Shown: positions 48,081 to 58,047 of the stretch, one piece after another
Position numbering within the stretch: the stretch's first letter is position 1
Layout of the letters: each line of letters begins with the position of its first letter
IMG/VR virus record: IMGVR_UViG_2915168811_000001
Reading direction: 5' to 3' (one strand)
DNA length: 64,000 nt
Source of the DNA: a virus
Notes under the pieces: generated by a model
What the model was told of the DNA's origin: nothing
Database searches by the model: none
The model's input: only the letters and a program-made list of their open reading frames with translations
Translations under genes and position numbers: made by a program

Positions 48081-50402
48081 ATGACCGAACACACCGAACA
48101 TCGTGACGAAGCCGAGGAAAGCATCCCGCCTGAGCGGGAAGACACAAGCTCGACCAAGCCGCGATCCGTGGACGGCAAAGTACAAGCAAGTGCGCAGCGC
48201 ACAGAGTCTGCGATCGACGCCAGGATTCAAGCGATCGGCAAGCAGCCACCGCCAGCAAAGCCCAGCGTCCCGCTGAATCGAGCAACCCCTTCCGCAGTGA
48301 GCACCTCTGCGCAAGGCGCAAGGACAGCAGCTGCCGGCGTGAAAGGGGCGGGTGCCGCCGCGGCATCTGTCGGCGGCGCCACCGCGGCCGCCCAGCATGT
48401 CTCCGCTGCGGGGAGCACCGCAAAAAGCGCCGCCACTGCTGCGAAGACCGCGAAGGCTGGATCCCTCCAAGGCGCGGCCGTGGAGAAAGGCGTCAGCTCC
48501 GCCCTCAACAAGGGTCTGCGGATCAATAGCTCCACCCCTGACTCGAAACTCGGAGCCGCCAAAGCCCTTGCGTCGAATGTTGTCTCCGGCGCCGCGGGAG
48601 GAGCCGCCACCGGAGCGGCGGGCTCCGCACCCGGAGCTATCGCTGGCGCGGCCCTCGGCGCGGCGAAAGGGGTGGCTTCCACTGCAGCCACCAACAAGCC
48701 GTTCCGGAACCTCCTCATCGGGGTTGCAGCTGTTCTCGCAGCCGCCCTCTTCGCTTTACCTGTCGGCGTCGCCGTCGCTCTCGCGGCCGTTGCTTCGACC
48801 TCCATGGGGTCTTCGCTGATGATCGCGTCCAGTGACTCTGCCGCCACTCATGGGTTGAGCTCAGATGAGGTGGAAGCCGCCGTAGGGCGGGCAGAAGGTG
48901 GCGATGTCGCCCCGTGGACGATATTCGCGGCGATCCCCCAGGTCCTCACCCTCTCGGACGAAACTGGACCGGAACCGTCAGAGCTCGACGACTTCCTCGC
49001 GAAATTCACTGCCGCTCTGGATGAGAAAGATCCGACCCGTGAGCTGCGCAACGTAGACGCCGGTGCGGTGACCGACGAGATGCTGACATCACGGGCACGC
49101 ACCGTGCTTCCGCCTGAAGAAGGCGGTGACCCGGACGCATGGGCTGCGCAGGAAGCGGTCAAGGCCCTGTACGTCGACGCGCTCACCGCCGCGTCAGCTA
49201 CCCCCGATGAGGCGGAGCGGATCTACAACCTGTCCCTCGCGTTCGAGCTCGGCGCCGCACCGACCTGCGGCCTGGATCTCGGAGGAGCTCCTGCGGGAGG
49301 GGACAGCGGCGGCGGGAACACATTGGACACGATGTCTCCGGAGCAGATCGCGAACGGGCGGGTGATTATCGGTGTCGCGAAAACCATGTTCGGCAAGGAC
49401 TGGGAGCAAGCCGCGGTGATCGCCATCATGACATCGCTTCGTGAATCCGGCGGGATGAAGATTTTCGCGAACGACGGTGTGATCGGTAACCGTCCCGGGG
49501 AAGCGGAACGAACCGATGAGTACCCCGCTTCCGCCTACGACCTTGTCGCCAAATCCATGACCCTCCCCCACCAGGCTGTCGGTTCGGACTACGTCTCCTT
49601 GGGGCTGTTCCAGCAGCAGCTGACCGGGTCGTGGGGCACGCTCGACGGCAAGAACTGGAAGAACGACCCCATGGGGACGATGCAGCGTCTCATGGACCCT
49701 GCGTTCTCCACCTACGCTTTCTTCCGGGTCATGCAGACCAAAGAAGGCTGGCAGACCGGCGACCCTGTCGTCATCTCCCACAAAGTCCAGGGTTCCGCCC
49801 ACCCGGACGGGCCCGCTGAGCATCTTCCGACGGCGAAAGCGTTCGTCAAGCAACACTCCGACGCAGCCGAAGTGCCACTTCCCACCGGCGCGACGCCTGC
49901 TGATTCCGCCGCCGGCGATGCAGTCTGCGACGGAGCGCTCACCGCAGGCCTCATCGTCGGCGGGTTCACGCACCCGCTCGGCAAGGAATTCCCGTGGGCG
50001 AGCTACGTGGACGACGGCGGCTCCCATTCCGCTGGCGCCATGGACATTCCGGCGCCGTCCGGAACTCCGGTGTACGCGATCGCCGCTGGCACCGTCCTGG
50101 CGTCCGGATGGGAGGAAGGCGGCGGCGGCAACCTCATCTCGATCATGCACGCCGACGGCAACGCTTCCGCGTACGCTCACCTCTCCCAAATGGATGTGAA
50201 GCCAGGGCAGGTGGTGAAAGCAGGCCAGCGGATCGGGCTTGTCGGATCGACAGGCAACTCGAGCGGTCCGCATCTGCATTTCGAGATCCGCGTGAACGGG
50301 AAATGGGGCAAGTTCGTGAAAGCCCACCAGTACATGAAGAAGCACGGTATCGAGATGGGCCCGTGCACCGCCGCTGCATCTGTGTGCGGAATGTCCCAGT
50401 AG
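48081..50402 (+). CDS. Conjugative peptidoglycan hydrolase (M23 peptidase, probable lysozyme-like domain)
   Basis: TM; LRES...SLGLFQQ; H...MDI, YAHL, GPHLHFE. Confidence 0.85.
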   Translation: MTEHTEHRDEAEESIPPEREDTSSTKPRSVDGKVQASAQRTESAIDARIQAIGKQPPPAKPSVPLNRATPSAVSTSAQGARTAAAGVKGAGAAAASVGGATAAAQHVSAAGSTAKSAATAAKTAKAGSLQGAAVEKGVSSALNKGLRINSSTPDSKLGAAKALASNVVSGAAGGAATGAAGSAPGAIAGAALGAAKGVASTAATNKPFRNLLIGVAAVLAAALFALPVGVAVALAAVASTSMGSSLMIASSDSAATHGLSSDEVEAAVGRAEGGDVAPWTIFAAIPQVLTLSDETGPEPSELDDFLAKFTAALDEKDPTRELRNVDAGAVTDEMLTSRARTVLPPEEGGDPDAWAAQEAVKALYVDALTAASATPDEAERIYNLSLAFELGAAPTCGLDLGGAPAGGDSGGGNTLDTMSPEQIANGRVIIGVAKTMFGKDWEQAAVIAIMTSLRESGGMKIFANDGVIGNRPGEAERTDEYPASAYDLVAKSMTLPHQAVGSDYVSLGLFQQQLTGSWGTLDGKNWKNDPMGTMQRLMDPAFSTYAFFRVMQTKEGWQTGDPVVISHKVQGSAHPDGPAEHLPTAKAFVKQHSDAAEVPLPTGATPADSAAGDAVCDGALTAGLIVGGFTHPLGKEFPWASYVDDGGSHSAGAMDIPAPSGTPVYAIAAGTVLASGWEEGGGGNLISIMHADGNASAYAHLSQMDVKPGQVVKAGQRIGLVGSTGNSSGPHLHFEIRVNGKWGKFVKAHQYMKKHGIEMGPCTAAASVCGMSQ

Positions 50403-50415
50403 GAAAGGTGAACTC

Positions 50416-51075
50416 ATGAGCAAAAAGACTCTGTTACTGCTCGGCGGTGCAGTGCTCGCGGCGGTAGCTATCGTCGCGGCATTGTTTCTGCTGCGCCCCG
50501 CAGCGACCGAATCCCAGCCCGTGAACCCGCCCGCTGAACTCGGGTTAGACCAGGGGAATAGCACTGCGGATGATGCGGTCGTGACGCCAGAGGGCGACAG
50601 CATCATCCTCCCTGACAACTCCGGCTACATTACGGGCCCGAACGGCGAAACGCAGGCGACGACAGTCGAGATGGGTGACGTCCCGCAGCAGTTCCTCGAC
50701 CAGGGGGCTCGTCTCGCCGAGGTGTGGGTGAACTTCGACTCCTCAAAGGGCGCGGAGCGGGAAGCTAACCTCGCGACAGTGATCCCCAACGCCGCCGACT
50801 GGGCATCACATCGCCCGTCAGTGCACACGACCTCGAAATCGTCAGGGGATCCGACCTGGAAGACCATCTCGGTGGTGCAGTCCGCCCGAGCTGACGCGGA
50901 GATGTCGATGTCGATCGACGGCCAGCACCGCGTCGTCACGGAGGTTTCCTTCCAGGCGAAGCACTGGTCCAGCGGAATCACGTACATGGGATCAGAAACC
51001 ACAACGTCTGTGTGGGTGTTCATCTTCGACCAGAACGGAGCACTGGTGGACGTCATCGAGCCGGACATCGCATAG
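50416..51075 (+). CDS. Membrane-anchored protein of the conjugation block
   Basis: N-terminal TM; gene context. Confidence 0.65.
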   Translation: MSKKTLLLLGGAVLAAVAIVAALFLLRPAATESQPVNPPAELGLDQGNSTADDAVVTPEGDSIILPDNSGYITGPNGETQATTVEMGDVPQQFLDQGARLAEVWVNFDSSKGAEREANLATVIPNAADWASHRPSVHTTSKSSGDPTWKTISVVQSARADAEMSMSIDGQHRVVTEVSFQAKHWSSGITYMGSETTTSVWVFIFDQNGALVDVIEPDIA

Positions 51076-51096
51076 TTTCCAGCCCGCTCTCGAACT

Positions 51097-51110
51097 GGAT
51101 CGTATGTGTG
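51097..51110 (+). promoter_or_regulatory. tra-region motif, copy 2
   Basis: GGATCGTATGTGTG. Confidence 0.65.
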
Positions 51111-51162
51111 TCAGTAGACGGGTTTTCAAGGGTTGCCCGCAGCACACACGAAAGGGGCCATC

Positions 51163-51777
51163 ATGGCTTGGAAAGACACCATCGACGAAGAGGCTACCGA
51201 CTTCAGCGCACCCGAGGTGCCGCTTCCCGATGTCGAACTTGACGGCGAAACCGGCAGTGCGGACGCCACCGAAGACACTTACGAGGATCTCGGAGACAGC
51301 ACCACGCTGGCCAGCGCCGGGAAGCCCCGCGCCAAGAAGCGTGCCGGTGGCGCGGCAGCGACCGGTCTAACCCGCAGTCAGGTGCTCGGTGTGATCGCCA
51401 CCCAGGATGCGGTTGCGGAAGCCACGCAGGGCGCCCGCGACGTTCTCGGCTCGCTCTACAAGTCGGACACGGACGTCGACGAGCTCACCGTCATGATCGT
51501 CTCGCAGCGAAAGCTGTCATCCGACCCACTCTCGGACCTGCTCAGCCTGCTTGAAGCGATGAAGCAGAATCCGTTCCTGGCGATCGCTCAGCTCACCGGG
51601 ATGGATAAAGCCACCCGCAGCCGAGTGCACGCCATTCTCGCCGCGGCCGGTGCGCAGCTCGAAGCCATGCCGAAGGGTGAAGCAGAAGCTGCGGCAGCCC
51701 TGGGTATGGCGCTGCAGGGTGTCACTTCCGCGCAGGAGGACACCCTCGCTGAAGCACAGCTGATCCGCGAAGGCTAA
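51163..51777 (+). CDS. Hypothetical protein
   Basis: SD GAAAGGGG; acidic N-terminus. Confidence 0.7.
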   Translation: MAWKDTIDEEATDFSAPEVPLPDVELDGETGSADATEDTYEDLGDSTTLASAGKPRAKKRAGGAAATGLTRSQVLGVIATQDAVAEATQGARDVLGSLYKSDTDVDELTVMIVSQRKLSSDPLSDLLSLLEAMKQNPFLAIAQLTGMDKATRSRVHAILAAAGAQLEAMPKGEAEAAAALGMALQGVTSAQEDTLAEAQLIREG

Positions 51778-51780
51778 GTC

Positions 51781-52395
51781 ATGGCGCGCTGCGTGAGCTG
51801 GAGGTACCGGTCATCCACCGGGCATGCAAACCACCTCCCCGGTGGGTGCCGGAAATGCTGGTCCCCGTGCCGAGCGAAAGTGGCTCGCCGCGGCGATCGA
51901 TGCCTGGACTGTGTACGCTCCATCCTCACCTGCCCGGACCAGCGGGTGCGCGCCGCCCTCCTCGATGAAGTGAAGCTCCCTGACGACGTTCTGGAGATGC
52001 TAATTTCCGACCCGCATGTCGTCATCGCCTCTCGAGCGGCTGAACTTCGAGCCGCTCGAGAGGCCGCAGCGGATCCGGAAAGCCCGTCAGATGACGAGCT
52101 AGAGCCGGATCTAAGCGGGGAGGACACGAACCCGGTCGACGAAGCCAGTGCGATCAGTGAGACGGGCTTCGACGCGGACGGGCCCTGGCCGCTGCCTGCA
52201 GGCGAGGGCGAAGGCGAGGAGGCGGTCGATCACGTGCTCACCACTGAAACCGACATGGTCTCAGAGCAGGAGCCTGCGGACACCCTCCGAGGGATTCGCG
52301 ACGCGAACGGTACCGCCCCGCGCTCACCCCAGAAGGTAAGCCGTACCCGAAACATCAGCCTGACCGACGCGTACGGCGACCCTGCAGCCCAGTAA
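51781..52395 (+). CDS. Hypothetical Cys-rich/acidic protein
   Basis: Co-directional ORF. Confidence 0.55.
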   Translation: MARCVSWRYRSSTGHANHLPGGCRKCWSPCRAKVARRGDRCLDCVRSILTCPDQRVRAALLDEVKLPDDVLEMLISDPHVVIASRAAELRAAREAAADPESPSDDELEPDLSGEDTNPVDEASAISETGFDADGPWPLPAGEGEGEEAVDHVLTTETDMVSEQEPADTLRGIRDANGTAPRSPQKVSRTRNISLTDAYGDPAAQ

Positions 52396-52447
52396 CACAG
52401 CCGATCCAACCCCGCCTTGCGCCCGCAGGCGGGGTTGTTCGCTTCCC

Positions 52448-52461
52448 GGATCGTATGTGTG
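52448..52461 (+). promoter_or_regulatory. tra-region motif, copy 3
   Basis: GGATCGTATGTGTG. Confidence 0.65.
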
Positions 52462-52494
52462 GGGGTGAAGCGGAAAATCACCTTTGGAGGATCA

Positions 52495-53589
52495 GTGGCG
52501 AAGCGTAAGCCTGGCGAGACGAACATTCGGGAAGCCTTCGAGATGCCCGCCGTTGCGGAGAACCCATCATCCCTCACGGTGATCAAACAGGCATCACGGA
52601 AAAAGCTCCTCCGCTTCGCCGTCTACGTGATGGCGTTCGGCTTGGTCCCGCTCTGCATCGGCATCGTGCTGATCATGTTCACCGAAAGCGGTTCAGGAAA
52701 AGGTGACGCCAACGCATCGGTCACCTCGGAGTCCGTAAACGGGGCGCTCGGAAAGGCGGCGGCGACGCTCGCCATTTCCGACTGGCTCGGCCAGGACCCG
52801 CAGCCGCTGCCCGGCGGCACTGTCATCTCCTGGGACGGGTTCACCGAACGGGACGCGCCCGCTCCGAAAACCGACTCTGAAGTGAAAGTGACGTACGCGG
52901 AAGAGCTCCACCGTTTCACACTCGTCGACAGCGCAGGGCGGGTGTTCGACTCCCAGGTGATGGTGCTCGTCGACGGGGTCCGCGGCACGAAAGCAGTGGG
53001 AACGCCGACGCTGATGCCTCGCCCCGCCAACGCGACCAGTGAGTTCACCGGTGAGGTGCCGTGGTTCGGATACACGAACACCACCGCCCCAGACCCCGTG
53101 GTCACTGCGGTGCAGGGATGGGCGGAAGCATTCACCTCAGGCTCCCCGAAGCGACTAAAGCAGGAAGTTGCCGACCCGACCGCCGATCACGCCTTCGTTC
53201 CACTGGCCGGGGTAGCGACTGTGGAGCAGAAGATCATCGCGTCAGCGGTACTGACCCCGGCGGAGCCTGACTCGCCGGCGCCGACGCAGATGCTCGCCCG
53301 CGTTGAGCTGATGCTCACCTGGGTGGATGCGCCAGCGCAGGACACGACCGCGGCAGCGCCGACCCTCACCCCGGTCACCTTCGACGTCCTGATCACTGGC
53401 ATCGACACCGCGTCACCCCGCGTCGTCTCCTGGGGCGGCGTCGGCGACGGCCCGACCTTGAAGCCGTACTCCTCCGCGCTCGTCGGCGTCAGCCTCAAGG
53501 AGCCGGAAAAGAAGAGCGCAGACGGCGAGCCCGTCACGCCTGGCAGCGCGGTGGAGAGCGCACCCGCAGCAGAGACCACGAAGGGCTAA
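52495..53589 (+). CDS. TcpC/VirB8-like conjugation protein
   Basis: Single TM plus two extracellular domains, directly upstream of the VirB4-like gene. Confidence 0.55.
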   Translation: MAKRKPGETNIREAFEMPAVAENPSSLTVIKQASRKKLLRFAVYVMAFGLVPLCIGIVLIMFTESGSGKGDANASVTSESVNGALGKAAATLAISDWLGQDPQPLPGGTVISWDGFTERDAPAPKTDSEVKVTYAEELHRFTLVDSAGRVFDSQVMVLVDGVRGTKAVGTPTLMPRPANATSEFTGEVPWFGYTNTTAPDPVVTAVQGWAEAFTSGSPKRLKQEVADPTADHAFVPLAGVATVEQKIIASAVLTPAEPDSPAPTQMLARVELMLTWVDAPAQDTTAAAPTLTPVTFDVLITGIDTASPRVVSWGGVGDGPTLKPYSSALVGVSLKEPEKKSADGEPVTPGSAVESAPAAETTKG

Positions 53590-53593
53590 AGCC

Positions 53594-56131
53594 ATGGCAA
53601 AGAAAATCCAGACCGCACCCGAAATCCCGGTCTCCCCGCAGTGGGAAACCCGCTCCCTGAAGCCGCTCAGCGACGGACGAGTACCCGGTGTCGACGGATC
53701 GATGTGGCTGTACGGCAGCGTGCCGATGTCGGCGATCATCGACGCGAAGTCGATGGACAAAATGCTGGCCGGCGGCGGCAGCCTGCACTCCGTATACGAG
53801 GAGCTCGCGAAGCTCGCGTCCGCGGGAATCAACCGCGCAGCTTCGAAGGCGAGCTACCGCGAATTCCACCTGCTGCTGCTGAACGTGCCTTCATACTACG
53901 AGGCGCCGGAAAGCTCACCGATCCGCGGATACCTCAACACCGAGTTCCGTGACCGTATCGTGCAGCGCCGAGAACTTCTCTTCGGAGTAAAGCTGCGCTC
54001 GAGCGGCACCGCCGCTGCTGGAACCGGCAGAGAGAAGCTGAAAGGCGCGATCGACTCGTTCCTCTACACGCTGATGTACACCGGCACGCAGCTGTCCGAC
54101 TACGACCAAGATCACCGCGAAATCGCCGGCATCTTCTCCCGCGCCGGCATCACCATCCCCTCCAAAGACTCCCTGCGCTGGTCAGACTCCTGGTGGTCGC
54201 ACGGCCGCGCGAAAGCGATCCCAACTCTCCCCCACGACGACCATCTCCACTACATCTACGAGATGAACGCGAAACGGGAGATTGAAGCGAACTACGACGT
54301 CGCATCCTGCCGCAACTGGCCTGAAGGCGACGAGCGGATCCAGGGTGAATTCGCGATCTCGTTCACCGCGCTGAACAACCTCGACGTCGGCGTGACTTCT
54401 GTTGAGGATTCCGTGGTGCGCTGGGCCCCGGCGCTGCTGGACGCAGGCGCCCGCGTCATCTCCGTGCGCGGGACCGTGGAGCCGCAGCGCGTCACCCGAG
54501 CGCAGCTGAAATCGCAGAAGAAGCGCATCGAACAGGACATGGAGGCGTTCGCTGAGAAGAACCGCAGCTCCCCCGACGAGCAGCGCCAGCGCCGCGACGA
54601 GCTCGCGATGCTGGAAACCTCCTACGCCCGCGACGAAGCCCCAGCGACACTGTTCGACTGCTCGGTCATTGTCGGCTTCGACTCCGTCGTGGAAGACCTA
54701 CGGAAGGTGACGCCGGTCGCTCTCGACCTGAACCCGCTGACGAACCTGCAGGCGGCCGCGTGGTACGAAACAATGATCTGCTCCAACGTGCGCGCGAACC
54801 CGCTGAAGCAGGATCTGCCGTGCACGACGATCGCCTACGCGGGCATTTCGAACCTCTCCCAGGTCGGTGACCCACCCAAATCCCCCAAGGCCGCGCTACT
54901 GGGCTTCACGGAGCGCGACGGGCAGCCCGTGTACGTCTCAGCGAACGCAGCGTCGCTCGCAGACGGTTACCCCCTCATGATCGTGCCGGGGGCCACTGGT
55001 GCTGGAAAGTCTCAAGTGCTGCAGTGGCTCGCGCACCAGTGGGGTCTCGCCGGCGTCCCGCAGTACATCATCGACCCGAAGCCGAAGTCTGACTTCTCCG
55101 CAGCAGTGAAGGCATCCGGCGGTGACGTGCACTCGTTCGACGGGTTCATTGAGGCTGACGGCCCACTTGACCCGATCCGGTACGCCGGCCCCGCGAACCT
55201 GCAGCTCGGCGTCCAGATCGCCTCCGACATGCTCGCCCGGGTCCGTCCGCTCTCCACCGAGCTGATGAACCAGATGGAGACCCCGCTCGCGAACGCCATC
55301 CGGTACGGCGTCGAGCAGGGGGCGACCGCGACCGGCGAGGCGCTCATCATCGCGGCGAGGGACAACGTCATCCCGCAGAACATCGTCGATCAGATCGTCG
55401 GCTTCGCGCAGACGTACCCCATGTTCCGGGCGACGTTCGGCCTGCATCCCGGCACGTCGTCGCTGTCCGTCTCCGACGGCATCACGCTGTTCATGGCAGG
55501 CAACTCGCAGTTCGAGTTCCCGGCCGCCGGCGCAACCGACATCACCCTCGCGACCCCTGGCGTGCGCACTTCGGTGAACGTGATGCGTCAGCTGGTGCGC
55601 GCCTCAGTTATGAACCTGTCCGGCCGCGGCGGCGTCCTGCACATCGACGAGGAGTGGATCTACGAGCTCGCGGCGCCAGATGAGCTCGTGCAGCTTGGAC
55701 GTCTCGCCCGGTCACAGAACGTGCTCGTCTGCCTGTACACGCAGACGCCGAAGGGCCCGCTCAATCTCGGGCTTGGTGGCTTCATCTCACGCGGCATCAT
55801 CGGCCATATCCCCGCCGAAGGTGAGGATCGCAGCCAGGCTGAAGCTGGCTTGAAGCTGTTCGGGTCCACGTCCGGAGAGATCCTGTCACGAGTCGTCGCG
55901 CCCGGCGAGGAGTCAGGGCGGCTGAACTGGCATTCGCTGAAAGCTCTGTGGGAACGCAACGACGACGGCACCCGAACCCTGCACCGCCCCGCAGTGTTCT
56001 TCCACGCTGACCTGCATGGCAACATCGCCCCGGTTGAAGTGCAGATCCCGCCGTCGTTCTTCGAGCTCGCCTCCACGAACCCGGAAGACGTACAACGTCG
56101 CGAAGCGAAAGCCGCCGGAGCATTCGTGTAG
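53594..56131 (+). CDS. VirB4-like conjugative ATPase
   Basis: GATGAGKS, IIDPK, LHIDEEW, LYTQ; 845 aa. Confidence 0.85.
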   Translation: MAKKIQTAPEIPVSPQWETRSLKPLSDGRVPGVDGSMWLYGSVPMSAIIDAKSMDKMLAGGGSLHSVYEELAKLASAGINRAASKASYREFHLLLLNVPSYYEAPESSPIRGYLNTEFRDRIVQRRELLFGVKLRSSGTAAAGTGREKLKGAIDSFLYTLMYTGTQLSDYDQDHREIAGIFSRAGITIPSKDSLRWSDSWWSHGRAKAIPTLPHDDHLHYIYEMNAKREIEANYDVASCRNWPEGDERIQGEFAISFTALNNLDVGVTSVEDSVVRWAPALLDAGARVISVRGTVEPQRVTRAQLKSQKKRIEQDMEAFAEKNRSSPDEQRQRRDELAMLETSYARDEAPATLFDCSVIVGFDSVVEDLRKVTPVALDLNPLTNLQAAAWYETMICSNVRANPLKQDLPCTTIAYAGISNLSQVGDPPKSPKAALLGFTERDGQPVYVSANAASLADGYPLMIVPGATGAGKSQVLQWLAHQWGLAGVPQYIIDPKPKSDFSAAVKASGGDVHSFDGFIEADGPLDPIRYAGPANLQLGVQIASDMLARVRPLSTELMNQMETPLANAIRYGVEQGATATGEALIIAARDNVIPQNIVDQIVGFAQTYPMFRATFGLHPGTSSLSVSDGITLFMAGNSQFEFPAAGATDITLATPGVRTSVNVMRQLVRASVMNLSGRGGVLHIDEEWIYELAAPDELVQLGRLARSQNVLVCLYTQTPKGPLNLGLGGFISRGIIGHIPAEGEDRSQAEAGLKLFGSTSGEILSRVVAPGEESGRLNWHSLKALWERNDDGTRTLHRPAVFFHADLHGNIAPVEVQIPPSFFELASTNPEDVQRREAKAAGAFV

Positions 56132-56143
56132 GCGCATAAACAG

Positions 56144-56194
56144 AAACAGAAGCAGGGCCCTGCTCAGTTGACCATCAGGGCCCTGCTTCTGTTT
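56144..56194. terminator. Bidirectional terminator
   Basis: 19-bp perfect IR AAACAGAAGCAGGGCCCTG between convergent genes. Confidence 0.85.
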
Positions 56195-56210
56195 AAGGGT
56201 GGACAGTCGT

Positions 56211-56906
56211 CTAGTTTGAGGTCCATCCTGCGGGCAGTCGCACTGGGAGACTGTCCGACTCCATGATGTAGACCAGGTCGTGAGAGTCTTCCGGGCTGCC
56301 GTAGTTGAAGCTGAACTGTTCTGTATCGAAATCGAACCCTTCGTCCTCTTCCAGGCCGGTCTTCGCCTCAGATGTGTGGACGCAGATAACGGTGTCCTCT
56401 GCACCTGATCGAGGATTGATGATCTGCGGAGCCACCCACCCTTCGTCATCAGTGGTGCGTTCTGGACTGACGATCAACTCCGGATAGAGATGCTGCGCTT
56501 CGCGCGCCACGTTCTTCCCCACGGCGTACATCGCATATCCGTCGTCCGGATACTGCTTGAGGTGAGCCAGCATCGCGCCCTGGATCGCTGCGAGGCGCTC
56601 CGTCTGCGTCATGTTTTCGAGATGGCCGAACGGCGACTTGTCCTCGGGTGCTTCCGGATCATCGTCGTAGACGGCGCAGTCGTTGATGTTCACGCGGACC
56701 CGGCCGGTCCCTTCAATGGTGTCGACTTCGATGACGACGGCGCCGTCGATCTCCGACCGGTACTGGATCAATTCGACCGCGCCGGGCATGTCATCTCCGC
56801 TGGTGATCGGCGGCGCGGACACCTCCGGGCGGTTCTGGGGCGCCCACTGCCCGCCGATCTGTTCTCCGGCTTTTACGGCGCCGGCTGCCTGTCGTTGAGT
56901 GCTCAT
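56211..56906 (-). CDS. N-terminally tagged acidic hypothetical protein
   Basis: Tag RQAAGAVKAGEQIGGQWAPQNR. Confidence 0.75.
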   Translation of the reverse strand: MSTQRQAAGAVKAGEQIGGQWAPQNRPEVSAPPITSGDDMPGAVELIQYRSEIDGAVVIEVDTIEGTGRVRVNINDCAVYDDDPEAPEDKSPFGHLENMTQTERLAAIQGAMLAHLKQYPDDGYAMYAVGKNVAREAQHLYPELIVSPERTTDDEGWVAPQIINPRSGAEDTVICVHTSEAKTGLEEDEGFDFDTEQFSFNYGSPEDSHDLVYIMESDSLPVRLPAGWTSN

Positions 56907-56912
56907 GGGTGG

Positions 56913-56924
56913 GAGTATGTGCGG
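56913..56924 (-). promoter_or_regulatory. Class II box CCGCACATA, leaderless
   Basis: CCGCACAT + 10 nt + ATG at 56906. Confidence 0.7.
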
Positions 56925-56951
56925 CGGCTCCTGCGGCGCGAATTACGTCCC

Positions 56952-56963
56952 CCGCACATATTC
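56952..56963 (+). promoter_or_regulatory. Class II box CCGCACATA
   Basis: Divergent partner, upstream of the tagged gene at 57015. Confidence 0.65.
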
Positions 56964-57014
56964 CTACGTGCAGTCAGTCGATAGCGCACCGGAATAGGGA
57001 GACAGGAAGTCCAC

Positions 57015-57902
57015 GTGAACATCATCAGGCATCGCCGAGGCGAAACCGTTGCTGGCAATAAGTCAGGCGGTCGGTTTAAGAAACAGATCCGCCCTGAGTC
57101 CGACGGCATGAATCTCGCCGCGCCCGCGCACCTCGGACTCATCCCGGAGGAGCTCGAGGTGCAGTCGAAGTTCGTCCCTGAACCAGCGTTCATTCAGACG
57201 CCCGAGGAGATCGCCGCCGACAAGCGTGCGGTGAGACGCTGGTACGCGCCTCTGAGCAAAGGCCAGAGGCGCAACTGGAGTGACGTATCAGGTAAGTCGC
57301 ATCGTGACGATGGCCCGGCCCGGCTGGACCTGGAGTACGGAGAGCGCAGCTACTGGCAGCACGGCGAACTGCATCGCATGGACGGCCCGGCGGTCATAAG
57401 CCAGCATGGACGAAACGTCGAATACTGGGAGCACGGCAAGAGGGCGCGATCCGACGGCGGACCAGTGCTGGTGACCTACAGCCAGGGCGTGGAGACGCAG
57501 AGCTGGCTTGACGAAAATGAGCAGCCGCACCGGGAGGGCGCCCCAGCCGTCATGCGTTCGGACGGATTCGTGGAATGGCGCCAGCACGGGTACCTTCACC
57601 GTGAAGACGGTCCGGCGCGAGTCGACGAGAACGGGACACAGTTCTACTTCGAGGACGGTGTGCTGAACCGAGCTGATAACCAACCCAGCGTTGTATATGC
57701 AGACGGTGGCTTGGAGTGGTGGGAGGACGATGGCCGTGCGCTCACGAGAAAACTCGACGCGGAAGGCAATGACGTCACCCCACGGGACGCTGAAGGCAAC
57801 GTACTCCCGCCCGAGCTATACCCCGAGCACATGCTCCCTCATGGCGGAAACCGAACGTCTCTCATCCAACGGCGGGTACGAGCGTCGATGGCACTTCAGT
57901 AA
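57015..57902 (+). CDS. N-terminally tagged protein with HRxDGPA repeats
   Basis: Tag RHRRGETVAGNKSGGRFKKQIR; HRDDGPA, HRMDGPA, HREGAPA, HREDGPA. Confidence 0.8.
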   Translation: MNIIRHRRGETVAGNKSGGRFKKQIRPESDGMNLAAPAHLGLIPEELEVQSKFVPEPAFIQTPEEIAADKRAVRRWYAPLSKGQRRNWSDVSGKSHRDDGPARLDLEYGERSYWQHGELHRMDGPAVISQHGRNVEYWEHGKRARSDGGPVLVTYSQGVETQSWLDENEQPHREGAPAVMRSDGFVEWRQHGYLHREDGPARVDENGTQFYFEDGVLNRADNQPSVVYADGGLEWWEDDGRALTRKLDAEGNDVTPRDAEGNVLPPELYPEHMLPHGGNRTSLIQRRVRASMALQ

Positions 57903-57918
57903 CTCTGTCCAGAGGCGT

Positions 57919-57930
57919 CCGCGCATCACT
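57919..57930 (+). promoter_or_regulatory. Class I box with no intact downstream gene
   Basis: CCGCGCATCACT followed by a tnpB-like remnant. Confidence 0.6.
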
Positions 57931-57933
57931 GCG

Positions 57934-58047
57934 AACCCGGCCTTCACGAGCCGGCGCTGCAACTGGTGCGGACACATCGGCAAGGGGCACCACAGAAACC
58001 AAGCGGCCCGCTCCTGCGCTCAGTGCGTCTGCACCAGTAACGCCGAC
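57934..58047 (+). pseudogene. TnpB (IS200/IS605) Zn-ribbon remnant
   Basis: NPAFTSRRCNWCGH...RNQA..SCAQC..TSNAD. Confidence 0.55.

Noticed and set aside
49194-50618. 474-aa - strand ORF (likewise 45915-47123, 14915-15964 and most of 61657-62751)
   Set aside because: High-GC antisense shadows of recognisable + strand genes
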